Shown here: piece after piece, positions 9,939 to 19,619 of the stretch
How positions within the stretch are numbered: the first letter of the stretch is position 1
Layout: every line of letters starts with the position of its first letter
Origin: a virus
Strand: one strand, 5' to 3'
Length of the DNA: 64,000 bases
Virus record (IMG/VR): IMGVR_UViG_3300042484_001840
Span: 1 to 64,000 of that record
Position numbers and translations under genes: made by a program
Notes under the pieces: generated by a model
The model's database searches: none
Told to the model about the DNA's origin: nothing
The model's input: only the letters and a program-made list of their open reading frames with translations

Positions 9939-11453
9939 TTAAATGCTTTCTGTGGTTACGGAAGAGACGGGGAGCGTGCCTTTGAAGTTGAAAACAACAT
10001 TGCCAGAAACATCTACTGATGCAAGTTCACTACTATTTGCATTGACACTCATTGTGAATGAGTCAACATAGTCAACGCCAGAAATTTGAGAAACATCGGC
10101 AATCATCTGATTTTTACGAATTTGTGTTGTAAAAGGATATTCAGATGGAGATAAATAATTAGTTAAATATGAATCTATTTCTGTTCTAACATCAAGTGAT
10201 GAATAGCCTTCAATGACGGCAACTGAAACCGTAACTGAAATGTAAGCAAGAATAACATCGGTAATAGACACATCAAGACCACCAATGCATCTTGAAGCGA
10301 TATCGTCAGCAATTACGCCCTTTTGTTCTGCCGTTAGACTAGCGCCAGTTGAATCTGATAAGAAAATTGTAATAGCGCCAGTCTGTTCAGCAGCATCAAA
10401 TCGTACTGTGTCCAAGATCTCCACCTGAGGTGACTGCCCACCTACGGTGGTTAGAACGGTAGTTGCCGCTCCAGTATAAGAATATTCAGCAACTACGCTT
10501 CCACTAGCAACTACACTTGCATTAGTGCCTGAGATGCCCCAAATGGTTTCATAATCATTAATCCCAGTATTTGTAACTCGGACCGTTGAGGCTGCGCTCA
10601 TAATGGGAAATGAGGCTGTTGGTAAGGTATAAAAACTTTCGCCAGTTGAAGTATATTTAATGGCATCATAGCCAGTTCCAGTATTGGCGAAGACTGCCCG
10701 TACTACGCCTGCCGAGTACCTACCAAGTGAATCTGCCTCTAATTTAACCAAACGAGTCAAGTCATATGTTTCTACACGGTAGGTGTCAGAGTAATTCGTC
10801 AAAATATAGTCTGTTGTCTGCGATGCCGTAGCCAATGAACGACTAAGACTTCCGAGGTATGTCCGTGTACGGCTAAAGAATTCAGCGTCTGTTTCCGTTG
10901 CCTCACCTTGAACTAAGGTTCCATCAAATTGTGCGTCAATTAATTTGACAATTGGACTCAAAATTGTCAAAACTGTTCCATCAGCAATAACTGGTTTTGC
11001 GCCAGAAGTAATTGCCTTTACCTGCGTTGAAGCCGACTCCGTATCCCCGCTGGCAATAGTTACTGATGCCGTGGTCTCAAAGATATGAAGGACCACTTGG
11101 TCGTCAGTAGTCTCGTAGTATCCAACTTGAGTTCCAGCAGGAATCGTCAAGCCAGAATCATCAATTGCCGAAAAGATAACAGCACCAGAAGCAAATGTTG
11201 ACTCAAGGCGATACATGCCCATGACGCGGAGCATTCCCTCAATGAGGCTATTTGGAAGCCTATTGATCGCCCCCGTGACGAGACCTGAGACATACGCCAT
11301 TGCCTGAAGCATGGCATCTTCCACGGTTCCTGTTCGTGGGTCAAACTCGGGGAGCGCGATAAGGGCGTATTCACGGGCAAGCGAATAAATATCTGATGGC
11401 TGTAAATCATTAACCGTAAGGTCAATGTATTCACTAAAATCTGGTGATGCCAT
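9939..11453 (-). CDS. baseplate J-like protein
   Basis: TIPAGTQV and GEATETDAEF motifs, with a C-terminal ISGVDYV; follows the gp25-like gene. Confidence 0.85.
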   Translation of the reverse strand: MASPDFSEYIDLTVNDLQPSDIYSLAREYALIALPEFDPRTGTVEDAMLQAMAYVSGLVTGAINRLPNSLIEGMLRVMGMYRLESTFASGAVIFSAIDDSGLTIPAGTQVGYYETTDDQVVLHIFETTASVTIASGDTESASTQVKAITSGAKPVIADGTVLTILSPIVKLIDAQFDGTLVQGEATETDAEFFSRTRTYLGSLSRSLATASQTTDYILTNYSDTYRVETYDLTRLVKLEADSLGRYSAGVVRAVFANTGTGYDAIKYTSTGESFYTLPTASFPIMSAASTVRVTNTGINDYETIWGISGTNASVVASGSVVAEYSYTGAATTVLTTVGGQSPQVEILDTVRFDAAEQTGAITIFLSDSTGASLTAEQKGVIADDIASRCIGGLDVSITDVILAYISVTVSVAVIEGYSSLDVRTEIDSYLTNYLSPSEYPFTTQIRKNQMIADVSQISGVDYVDSFTMSVNANSSELASVDVSGNVVFNFKGTLPVSSVTTESI

Positions 11454-11752
11454 TATGTATTCCTCTGCCTAAAGCCTAAACCGATTTCAACTAAGCCTGT
11501 TTCGGTTTCTGATATCTGAACATTGTCAATCATAATTTCTGGAATGAACGCTCCAGCGGTAAACGCCAAGTCTCGCGTTAATGCGGATTGAAATGTAGGG
11601 TCTTCAATTCCGTATGTAGGAGTTATTGGTAATTCACCAGGAATGATCTGGATTGATAGAGCAAGTAATTGCGCGTAATAGTCGTCTGAAGAATCTGTCA
11701 ATTTTTTGACAGCACCATTATAGAATTGAATCGGAAAACGCAGAGTATCCAT
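11453..11752 (-). CDS. baseplate wedge subunit, gp25/GpW-like
   Basis: PGELPITPTYG motif; typical position before baseplate J. Confidence 0.75.
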   Translation of the reverse strand: MDTLRFPIQFYNGAVKKLTDSSDDYYAQLLALSIQIIPGELPITPTYGIEDPTFQSALTRDLAFTAGAFIPEIMIDNVQISETETGLVEIGLGFRQRNT

Positions 11753-11779
11753 ACTACTATTTTGCCATCTTTTTGCTCA

Positions 11780-12082
11780 TCAGGCAGAACCACCATCAAG
11801 CGACTGAGGAGCGGTAGCGATGCCACTTAATGCAATTTTACCAATAACAACCAACTCGGATTTAGAATTGTTTAAAAAGGCGCAAATAACACTGTCATTG
11901 ACCGCTGGGATGGCTTCAACCCCAGAAACAACGCATGGACCAAAAGCGTAACCTGGTGCGACGGCACGAAGTTCAACATAGACCTGAGAGCCGACAACAC
12001 GCCTAACTATCCCATAGTGAATGCCACCCTGAAATGGGACGGAAACTGCCTTGTTTCTGGCTGTGAAATTAGGATTCTGCAT
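11780..12082 (-). CDS. baseplate central spike (OB-fold)
   Basis: 100 aa with PAVNDSVICAF...VVIG; lies between hub and gp25. Confidence 0.65.
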   Translation of the reverse strand: MQNPNFTARNKAVSVPFQGGIHYGIVRRVVGSQVYVELRAVAPGYAFGPCVVSGVEAIPAVNDSVICAFLNNSKSELVVIGKIALSGIATAPQSLDGGSA

Positions 12083-12093
12083 AATTTTTACTC

Positions 12094-13815
12094 CTAAACA
12101 AGACCAGGATAGTTTTGTTTAAATGATTTTTTTGAGTCATATGGAGTAATAAGAAGTTTAACGACACTTTCTTGGCGCACTGCTCTAAAAAATATTTGAT
12201 CATTGAATGCCATAAGTAAATTGTTAGCCTCATTATATTTTTGTATTTTTGCGTTTTTAGTAGGTAATCCATAAATTAATTTTGCCAGCCTCTTTGCACT
12301 AGATTTCATAGTCTCTTTTGATACCCCAGCCTGAGACTGCATATGTTGTCCATTTATGTATTTATCAATTAAAGTATTAACAGCCGCTGGATAAGTCTGT
12401 TGAGGAAGATTAAGTAAATCAATACCGCCACTTGCACCAGAAGAATCAGTTGCACCTTGCGCTGGGGTTACTGTTGTTGTGCCAGTAACTATAGTGGGAA
12501 TCCCTCCTTCTTCTATTGCGGCGAGTGCATCGGGAGATAAGCCCCCAGCAACTGCATATGTTTTTACTGGAATACCAAACATAAAACCCCATAAAATACT
12601 TTCAGCCAAAGCCTTATCTTTCGTTGAAAGTTTTGTAGAATTTTTAATAATAACTTTAGCACTTTCAACACTTCCTCCTCCTCTTAAGAAGTTGGCGGCT
12701 ATATTTACTAAATCTTTAATGAGGTTTCCATTAGAACCCGTATACCTAATATGTGCGAGATATTCTTCCGTATACTTCTTAGAGCCACCAAACTTTACTT
12801 TTGAAAAGTCAATAGCAAATTTGTTTTCTTCTTCAGTGTCGGGGTTACCAATTTCATTATCTTCAGGATTCCCGCCTGATTTTGTCGTGTCTTTTTTTGT
12901 TCCGTTAGTAGAAATGTTTTCTTTATTTGGGTCAACTGGCGTGCGGAACTGAACTCCAACGGGTTCAAAAGTTCCCTCACCGAACTGAACATCACTAATT
13001 AAATAAAAACCATCAAACCCATGCATTCCGCCAATAAGAATAGTCATACCAGGTCTGAGCGAAATGCCGTTTGCCCTATCCACGGTCATAGAACCAGAGG
13101 CAGCGCGAACATCGTCATCCGAGCGACGAATGGTAGGCATGTCTAGAAGAACATATTTATCTATTACTTCTGGAAAATAATCAACTGTCGGCTCTGGCCA
13201 GATAAAAGGAATAAACTTTATATCTCCATAAACAAATTTGGGATCTCCCCACTTGCCAAGAAGCCATTTTTCTGAAGCATAAAAAAGAGTATTGTCAGAT
13301 ACAAAACAAACAAACTCTTGCTCACCAGCAGCGCTTTGTAAAACACTCCAAACAGAGTCGTCAGTGGTACCACTATTAGACTTGACTGTAGCCTGCTTTT
13401 TGGCATCTTTTTGTCCAACAAAGTTCATGTTGTAGCGCAGTGCCATTCTTTGAGCAAGGTCATATCCTGAAATGCCGTTGAATGCCTCAGGGCGCTTATC
13501 TCTCTTCATCAACTGGATAGCCTTTGAACGACAATCAAGTTGATGCTTTGGATGTATTCCTTCACTCCGTGATGTTTCTATGGCTGCAATTTCAAAAAGC
13601 AATCCTTTATAAAAAGCATCTCGTCTAATTTGAAAATAGTTAGCCTTAGCCATTTTGAACTCTGGGTCAATAACGCTTACTGAGATTTCGGATGACCCAG
13701 AAATAGTCAAAGAGACACTTAGTTCTGTTATTGCTGCCGAAATATCCCTATTGGAAAAAGTTCCTAAGTCGCCAAGACTAAATAAATTTATGTCAATGTT
13801 GTCAAAGTATGCCAT
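12094..13815 (-). CDS. baseplate hub protein with C-terminal extension
   Basis: N-terminal ~295 aa is hub-like (DSVWSVLQSAA..FVCFVSDNTLFY; LRPGMTI.I.G..GFDG.YLISDV). The C-terminal half is unassigned. Confidence 0.65.
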   Translation of the reverse strand: MAYFDNIDINLFSLGDLGTFSNRDISAAITELSVSLTISGSSEISVSVIDPEFKMAKANYFQIRRDAFYKGLLFEIAAIETSRSEGIHPKHQLDCRSKAIQLMKRDKRPEAFNGISGYDLAQRMALRYNMNFVGQKDAKKQATVKSNSGTTDDSVWSVLQSAAGEQEFVCFVSDNTLFYASEKWLLGKWGDPKFVYGDIKFIPFIWPEPTVDYFPEVIDKYVLLDMPTIRRSDDDVRAASGSMTVDRANGISLRPGMTILIGGMHGFDGFYLISDVQFGEGTFEPVGVQFRTPVDPNKENISTNGTKKDTTKSGGNPEDNEIGNPDTEEENKFAIDFSKVKFGGSKKYTEEYLAHIRYTGSNGNLIKDLVNIAANFLRGGGSVESAKVIIKNSTKLSTKDKALAESILWGFMFGIPVKTYAVAGGLSPDALAAIEEGGIPTIVTGTTTVTPAQGATDSSGASGGIDLLNLPQQTYPAAVNTLIDKYINGQHMQSQAGVSKETMKSSAKRLAKLIYGLPTKNAKIQKYNEANNLLMAFNDQIFFRAVRQESVVKLLITPYDSKKSFKQNYPGLV

Positions 13816-14558
13816 TATCCTGTTGGTCCTATAATATTGCCACTATATTTATCTCTATCACGGACGGATGTATAACTAATAAACTCATCTTGAGGGTTTG
13901 GACCACCCTTTTTGGGAATGTCAACAGCCGTGTTATAGGTGATTTTAGGCAACTCTGCAATAACGACCCTTGGATTAACATTTTCAACCAATGTCATATT
14001 TGCCTCAGCGGCAGTGATCTGGTTTGAATCATTTCTACGCATAGAACTAAAATTCAAGTCTTGAATAGACCAGAAAATGTTTTTAGATGCGTCAGTCGTC
14101 CCTATTGGATTAGAAATTTGCTTATCCAGGTTTGTAAAAAATACAGGGCGGGCAATGTTTGCTATGTCAAACAATAATTCTAAATCATTATCAACAGATG
14201 TAAACAAACCATCTTTTGGAACTGCAACTAAAAACTTGATAGATAACTGTCTTGACCTAAATCTACTGAATGCAACAATTGGCATTTTGCCAGGACGAGA
14301 AATTTCTTGCAACTCTGGTCCCATATTGCCATACTGGATTTGCTGTGGGGTAAAAGGAAAAGTAAATGAAATTTGCGGCTGAGTTGCAATACTTCTTGTT
14401 ACATGCATTGTTACAGGAAGGGCATTTGCAGTGTTTGTATAGGCTGTTTTAGTTAATTCAACTGTATCAAGTGGATTGCGCTTAAACTTTGTAACAGTCG
14501 TTGAAATAAAGGTACGAGAACTTGGTTTGACAGAGCGCAGATCACTATTGGTTGCCAT
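13815..14558 (-). CDS. tail tube initiator/distal tail protein
   Basis: FTFPFTPQQIQY..EISRPGKMP motif; directly follows the tape measure gene. Confidence 0.6.
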   Translation of the reverse strand: MATNSDLRSVKPSSRTFISTTVTKFKRNPLDTVELTKTAYTNTANALPVTMHVTRSIATQPQISFTFPFTPQQIQYGNMGPELQEISRPGKMPIVAFSRFRSRQLSIKFLVAVPKDGLFTSVDNDLELLFDIANIARPVFFTNLDKQISNPIGTTDASKNIFWSIQDLNFSSMRRNDSNQITAAEANMTLVENVNPRVVIAELPKITYNTAVDIPKKGGPNPQDEFISYTSVRDRDKYSGNIIGPTG

Positions 14559-14560
14559 GA

Positions 14561-17500
14561 TTAGTACCTCTCATTGCGTGAGCGTTGTGCACGCTCAATC
14601 TGATACATGACTTCAGATGCCAGAGCATTGACATCCATATTTGGAGTGGCATTGATAACTAAATTAACATTTGAAGTACTACTTGATGACGGAGCCATGA
14701 TTGGAGCACCCATGTACGGAGTAGTCGTATCACCAACAGGACCATTGCTTGGTACGACATGAAGATGGCGAGCACTGCCATTGCCGTGGAATTCCGCAAA
14801 TCCGCCAGCCTTATTAATCGCCTGTCCGTAGAGTCCAAGGTTTTGACCAACGAGGTCATATGCGCGTCCAGCGGCGTGATCTGAAGACATAGAACCAAGA
14901 GCATTGGTTCTGAAGCCTGATGTCACTGTACGCTTGCCAGCAATCTGAGCATCAAATGCGGAATGCTTACCCATGGTATTCAACATATTTCGTCGGGGAC
15001 TTGCTGTATCTCCGCCAAGTTCGTCAATAATCATTTGAGCGGCTGTACCCAACTTGGTTACCGCAGTACCAAATGCATCCCCAGCATCAACCCACTCAAC
15101 CATTCCAAGAGAGAGGTCATCAACAGAAGCGCGCAAGAGTTCTTCATTTGTTTTCTGAAGTTTTATGTTGTTTGCAAAATCTTCGCCCAGAGCACCACTT
15201 AATTGAGAGTTTATATCGTCATTAATTGATACACCATGAGGAGTTTGTGTGTATTGTGGAGTTAGAAATTCCCCAGCGTTGATTTTGCCAACTATTCTTA
15301 GATACTCATCAATACCCTGCGTAGCAAGGACATTGTTCAGCATTCCAGTTATATCTGCGACACTACCACCCTCATAACCAACACCAGCAAGACCAGAAAC
15401 AAGGTTTTCGGCAGCGGAACCAGAAACAGCACCAGCAAATCCTTGAGCACCAAAAGCAGCCTCCATTATTTTTGCATTGTCACCATTAAACAATGCATCT
15501 GTAATCCGTGTTCCATTAGGATCAGTCAGAACGCCATAACCAATCTTGCCATTTTCATCATAACCGTAAGCATTATATTGTGAACCTTCTTTTGTTCCAA
15601 TATTTCTATACAAAGCCTCAAATGCCTTTACTGGGTCTCCACCAGAAGCAAGAAGTTGTTCTTGGAACATTCCCTCAAGGAATGCTGCTGTATCTTCTGG
15701 GGTTAGGGTGCCAGCAAGTGCTTTCTCGCGAGTTGTTTGAGCAAGTTCATTAGCAACTTTAGGGGCATTTAAGATATCCACTTGTTTTCTAATATTACTA
15801 ACTGCGGTCGCATAGGCATCTGTTAGGTAATTATTTAGGTCGTCACCAAAGCGCATTGTTGCAATACCAGTAGCGGCAAGAACATCTTGGAGTGTCATCA
15901 TGCCATTAGCCAACGAAAATTCTGCGGAGTTTGCTAATTTTGCAATTTCTTCACTAGTTAAGCCGCTCGCGGCGCTTAGATCCTCAAAACGAGACTCCAT
16001 TAATTTGATTCCACCCTCAAGTGATTCTTTTTGCACTTCCCACTGTTTATTTGCTTCGTCTAGTGCGGTTCCACTCTTGAGTTGACCATCTGCCATTATT
16101 TGTGCATATTTTCCAAATTCTTGCATTGCTAGTTTTGCTGATTCAAGGTCATTTTGACCTAAAGAATTATTTACAATGTCTGAATATCCATCAACAAACT
16201 TACCAGCGGCTTCCCTTGCCATTTTTTTGTATTTTCCATCTTGCATCCAGCCCTTAATACCACCGTAAATAGCACCAATAGTTCCTGCAACAATTGCTCC
16301 AACGGCAGGACCGACACCAGGAATAGGAATAACATTACCGACAATAGCGCCAGCACCAGCCCACGCTGCTCCAGTTGCTAAGGCTCCAGTTGCCGTTGAG
16401 GCGGCTCTACTTCCCCCAGTTTTACGGTAAGCCAAATCCGACAGTTGGTCACCAGCCTGATAACCAACTGTTCCGAGGGTAGTAACAGCAGCGCCTAGAC
16501 CACCACCAAGAAGAGGTATTTTATTTCCAACAACAGCACCAACGATAGCGGATGAAATTATGTCATTAATAATATCTGGACCAGGTAGCATCTGAGCAAA
16601 AGCAGCGGCACCTAAGGCTGCTGTAGTTCTATTATTATTGACCCAATTTGCACCCCTCTTACCCCTATCTACCATTCTGTCTTTAAATCCCCCAAATCCA
16701 CCCTCACCAGTCATTGCTTTCATTGCCATCATTGGTCCAACCATGCCAATAAAGGCACCAAGCGGACCCATCTTTGAAAAACTTCGGATAATGGAACTTA
16801 AACCACCAACCATTTTTCCAATAATTTCCGCAATTGTTGTAAGTGTTGGCAATGCTTTCATAAATGCTTCACGCATAGCACCAAATAAATCAAGTATTTT
16901 GGTAATTAAGTTTTCAATAGAGTCACCGAATTTTAAAAACTTATCTTCATTACCAACAACCATGTCACCAAAGTTTTCAAAGTTCTTTTTAAGTCCGCTA
17001 CCAAGCGCCTTGATAATTCCACCAAGGAACTTATTAATAATTTTGCTAGCAGCACTAAATCTTTGTAGATACGCAGTAAAAGAACCAAAGGCTGATTTGA
17101 CTTTTTCCCAAAATGATGCGAATGATTTAAAGAAACCTTCTTGTCTTGGGACATACTCTCGCATGAACTTCACTAAGAACTGCGAAATAACATCTATACC
17201 GTTAACAAATTTGTCTAAAAGTCCACCTTGGGCATAGTCAGCAACAAGTGGACTAATTGCAGTGAATGTCCGCACTACAATGCGTCGGATTTCTTCAAAC
17301 GCATACTGGACAGGCTCAATAAATTGAGCACCAAGGTCACCAAACATGACCTGCATTTGAGTAACAAAGGATTTAAACTGACCAAGTAAAGAGCCTTGCA
17401 CCGCTGCTGAAGCACCAGAAACTCCAGCCTTCTTTGCAAACTCGCCCGATGAGAACATCTTGATAATTTCTGCGCTAGTCATCTTTCCGCCAGCAATCAT

Positions 17501-18328
17501 TTCCTTGTAAGTTTTTTCAAACTCAGGACCGATTTCCTTGGCGGCACCAGTAACTTTTGAACTACTTAAGCCTTCACCTTTTTGAATAAGTGAGATGATG
17601 TTTGCTAGTGAACTTGCGCCTTTTTCAACATCCCCAGATGCGTAAGCAAAGTCAAGCAATCCAGCCAAAGCACCACTTGTTGCGCCAGTGACTTTTGAGT
17701 TCTTTGAAGCGGCTGCAAAAGCCTGTGTAAGACCCTTCATGCCAACAGTAGCAAGACGAGCATCTCCTGTCATCCCTCGTAGGGCGGCGCTAGATGCCTT
17801 ATAGTCCCCTCCGTAGCGACCTGTGGCTTGAGCGGCTACAAACTGACGCTGAGCGGCGGCTACCGTTGCTAGGGCAATAGCGGCAACTGCAGCGCCCTTG
17901 GCTAGGGCAGATAACGCAACTTGGTATGCCTTGGCGGCAAATTTACCAATTGCTAGCAAGCCGTTGACTGAAGACAACGCCAATGCCAAACCAGCAGTTT
18001 CAAGTCCTGCGCCAATCATGGCAAACTTGTAGGTAGTCTTTAGAAAGCCTGCTAGACCCTTTCCTGCCTTGCTTGCTTTTTTGAATCCCTTTCCAGCACC
18101 GTCTGCGTCTTTTCCTAATCTTTGAGTGCTTCTGCCTGCATTGCCAGCCGAGCCGTCAAGATCGTTTAAGGCATCTCCAAATTTTCCAGTACTGATGCCA
18201 GCATTATTTAATTGAGCGTTAGCGAGTTTTGCCTTGGCAACAAGTGCTTGAAGTTTGCGTTCTACCTTGTCAATGCCGCCTGTATTGGCATCGGTATCAA
18301 TTTTTATAGTGACTTGCTCGCGAGCCAT
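14561..18328 (-). CDS. tape measure protein with C-terminal M15-like peptidase domain
   Basis: 1255 aa, Ala/Gly-rich and helical with hydrophobic segments. SGFR...SDHAAGRAYDL...HLHV is a zinc-peptidase signature. Confidence 0.88.
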   Translation of the reverse strand: MAREQVTIKIDTDANTGGIDKVERKLQALVAKAKLANAQLNNAGISTGKFGDALNDLDGSAGNAGRSTQRLGKDADGAGKGFKKASKAGKGLAGFLKTTYKFAMIGAGLETAGLALALSSVNGLLAIGKFAAKAYQVALSALAKGAAVAAIALATVAAAQRQFVAAQATGRYGGDYKASSAALRGMTGDARLATVGMKGLTQAFAAASKNSKVTGATSGALAGLLDFAYASGDVEKGASSLANIISLIQKGEGLSSSKVTGAAKEIGPEFEKTYKEMIAGGKMTSAEIIKMFSSGEFAKKAGVSGASAAVQGSLLGQFKSFVTQMQVMFGDLGAQFIEPVQYAFEEIRRIVVRTFTAISPLVADYAQGGLLDKFVNGIDVISQFLVKFMREYVPRQEGFFKSFASFWEKVKSAFGSFTAYLQRFSAASKIINKFLGGIIKALGSGLKKNFENFGDMVVGNEDKFLKFGDSIENLITKILDLFGAMREAFMKALPTLTTIAEIIGKMVGGLSSIIRSFSKMGPLGAFIGMVGPMMAMKAMTGEGGFGGFKDRMVDRGKRGANWVNNNRTTAALGAAAFAQMLPGPDIINDIISSAIVGAVVGNKIPLLGGGLGAAVTTLGTVGYQAGDQLSDLAYRKTGGSRAASTATGALATGAAWAGAGAIVGNVIPIPGVGPAVGAIVAGTIGAIYGGIKGWMQDGKYKKMAREAAGKFVDGYSDIVNNSLGQNDLESAKLAMQEFGKYAQIMADGQLKSGTALDEANKQWEVQKESLEGGIKLMESRFEDLSAASGLTSEEIAKLANSAEFSLANGMMTLQDVLAATGIATMRFGDDLNNYLTDAYATAVSNIRKQVDILNAPKVANELAQTTREKALAGTLTPEDTAAFLEGMFQEQLLASGGDPVKAFEALYRNIGTKEGSQYNAYGYDENGKIGYGVLTDPNGTRITDALFNGDNAKIMEAAFGAQGFAGAVSGSAAENLVSGLAGVGYEGGSVADITGMLNNVLATQGIDEYLRIVGKINAGEFLTPQYTQTPHGVSINDDINSQLSGALGEDFANNIKLQKTNEELLRASVDDLSLGMVEWVDAGDAFGTAVTKLGTAAQMIIDELGGDTASPRRNMLNTMGKHSAFDAQIAGKRTVTSGFRTNALGSMSSDHAAGRAYDLVGQNLGLYGQAINKAGGFAEFHGNGSARHLHVVPSNGPVGDTTTPYMGAPIMAPSSSSTSNVNLVINATPNMDVNALASEVMYQIERAQRSRNERY

Positions 18329-18361
18329 TGGTACCTCAACTAAAGTTTGACGGCTAAAGAA

Positions 18362-18559
18362 CTATTTGTTCTTATTTATTTTACGCTCTTGTTCAGCCCT
18401 ATCAGCCTCAATAACTTTAGCACACGCATACCTAATAATCCATTCTTCATCAGAACAGTTAAGTAATTGTATAGGGTCAGTACCCCATAGTTCGCCAAGT
18501 CTAGCGGCTGCAACAATCCGCCCGTCCGAGACTAGAAAGTCTAGGACATCTTCGTAGGG
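18362..18559 (-). CDS. tail assembly chaperone, post-frameshift segment
   Basis: The -1 frame is open from CCC 18559 to TAG 18362: PYEDVLDFLVSDGRIVAAARLGELWGTDPIQLLNCSDEEWIIRYACAKVIEADRAEQERKINKNK. It has no own ATG. Confidence 0.7.
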   Translation of the reverse strand, partial: PYEDVLDFLVSDGRIVAAARLGELWGTDPIQLLNCSDEEWIIRYACAKVIEADRAEQERKINKNK

Positions 18560-19056
18560 TCCACCGTCTCAACGGTGTCTGAATACCCCGCCGCCTCTAG
18601 GATTGCTAGAGCCGCCCCTTCAACATGAGGATCAATGCCGAAGAAGGCACGGACGCAATCTGGCACTGGACGAGTTGTGTTGGTCATCTGGAGAATGGCT
18701 TCCGAGGCAAAAGTAAGACCAATGCCATCATCGTTGGTAACTTGCTCGCCATTAATGTAAATTCCTACACAAGTGTGACCCACTACAAAAGCAGCAAAGC
18801 GGGTGGCATCCATACCGCTCTTGCTGTCTTCGCCAGCATTTTTGCGCCAAGAACGAAGTTGATGCTGTGTAATATTTGGCGATACTTCAACTGTTACACC
18901 GGGTCGTTCTGGGACTTCAATAAATACTGATGCCCGTTCAACCTTTTTGGTAATTACTTCTTTCAGTTGTTCCAAAACGCTAGGAGGCTTAACATCCTTA
19001 GCGACCGTCTTTTTGGGGTTGTTATCTTCTGACATGGTGAAAATATCGTTGCTCAT
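18541..19056 (-). CDS. tail assembly chaperone
   Basis: Lies between tube and tape measure genes; ends VDPTKMS. Confidence 0.75.
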   Translation of the reverse strand: MSNDIFTMSEDNNPKKTVAKDVKPPSVLEQLKEVITKKVERASVFIEVPERPGVTVEVSPNITQHQLRSWRKNAGEDSKSGMDATRFAAFVVGHTCVGIYINGEQVTNDDGIGLTFASEAILQMTNTTRPVPDCVRAFFGIDPHVEGAALAILEAAGYSDTVETVDPTKMS

Positions 19057-19063
19057 GTTTTGA

Positions 19064-19093
19064 ACCCTAGCATGAAAGAAGGAGCACCTAGTG
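19064..19093 (-). promoter_or_regulatory. CACTAG-N18-TAGGGT candidate promoter (leaderless chaperone gene)
   Basis: The -10 box is 7 nt before ATG 19056; the motif is shared with other structural operons. Confidence 0.55.
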
Positions 19094-19103
19094 GTACTCC
19101 TTC
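19074..19103 (-). terminator. intrinsic terminator after the tail tube gene
   Basis: GAAGGAGTACC-ACTA-GGTGCTCCTTC-TTTC hairpin with one G-U pair on the minus strand. Confidence 0.65.
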
Positions 19104-19129
19104 AGTCAAACTATTACTAAATTTTTAAA

Positions 19130-19600
19130 TCAGGTTAATACTTCAGAAGTCACAGTCTGAATACTAAAGGTCAACGAATAAGTTGAAGGTGCACCGCTAG
19201 CGGCATCGCCATCAGGCTCAGTCAATCCAACAAGTAACGCTTGTGGATAATTACGCTGAAGTTCGGGGGTTGCAACATTGCAGTTCAATTCATCAATTTG
19301 AATGTCAAAATAAGCACGACCAACCATCTGACGAATACTACCAAGAAAGTCTCCGTCAGTGTCTGCGTCATAGTGACGAGTTAATGTGATGTCACCAATT
19401 TCCGCAGGAGCACAAAGCACTTCGGGGAATAACTTTCCACCAATGTAAATTTTTTCAACTGAAGCAGTGATTTCACCACCAGTTACCTGTGCGAAGTACG
19501 CAAGCGTGCCGTCCTTGCCAGGTTCAAGAGGCGTTTCAACATTGCCCTCATCCGACGCACTGATTGATGCGACAATTTGCCTCTGCGCGATTTTGCTCAT
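19130..19600 (-). CDS. tail tube protein
   Basis: 156 aa with GDITLTRHY; directly downstream of the sheath gene. Confidence 0.8.
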   Translation of the reverse strand: MSKIAQRQIVASISASDEGNVETPLEPGKDGTLAYFAQVTGGEITASVEKIYIGGKLFPEVLCAPAEIGDITLTRHYDADTDGDFLGSIRQMVGRAYFDIQIDELNCNVATPELQRNYPQALLVGLTEPDGDAASGAPSTYSLTFSIQTVTSEVLT

Positions 19601-19619
19601 AGTTGTTCCTTGCTCCTTA

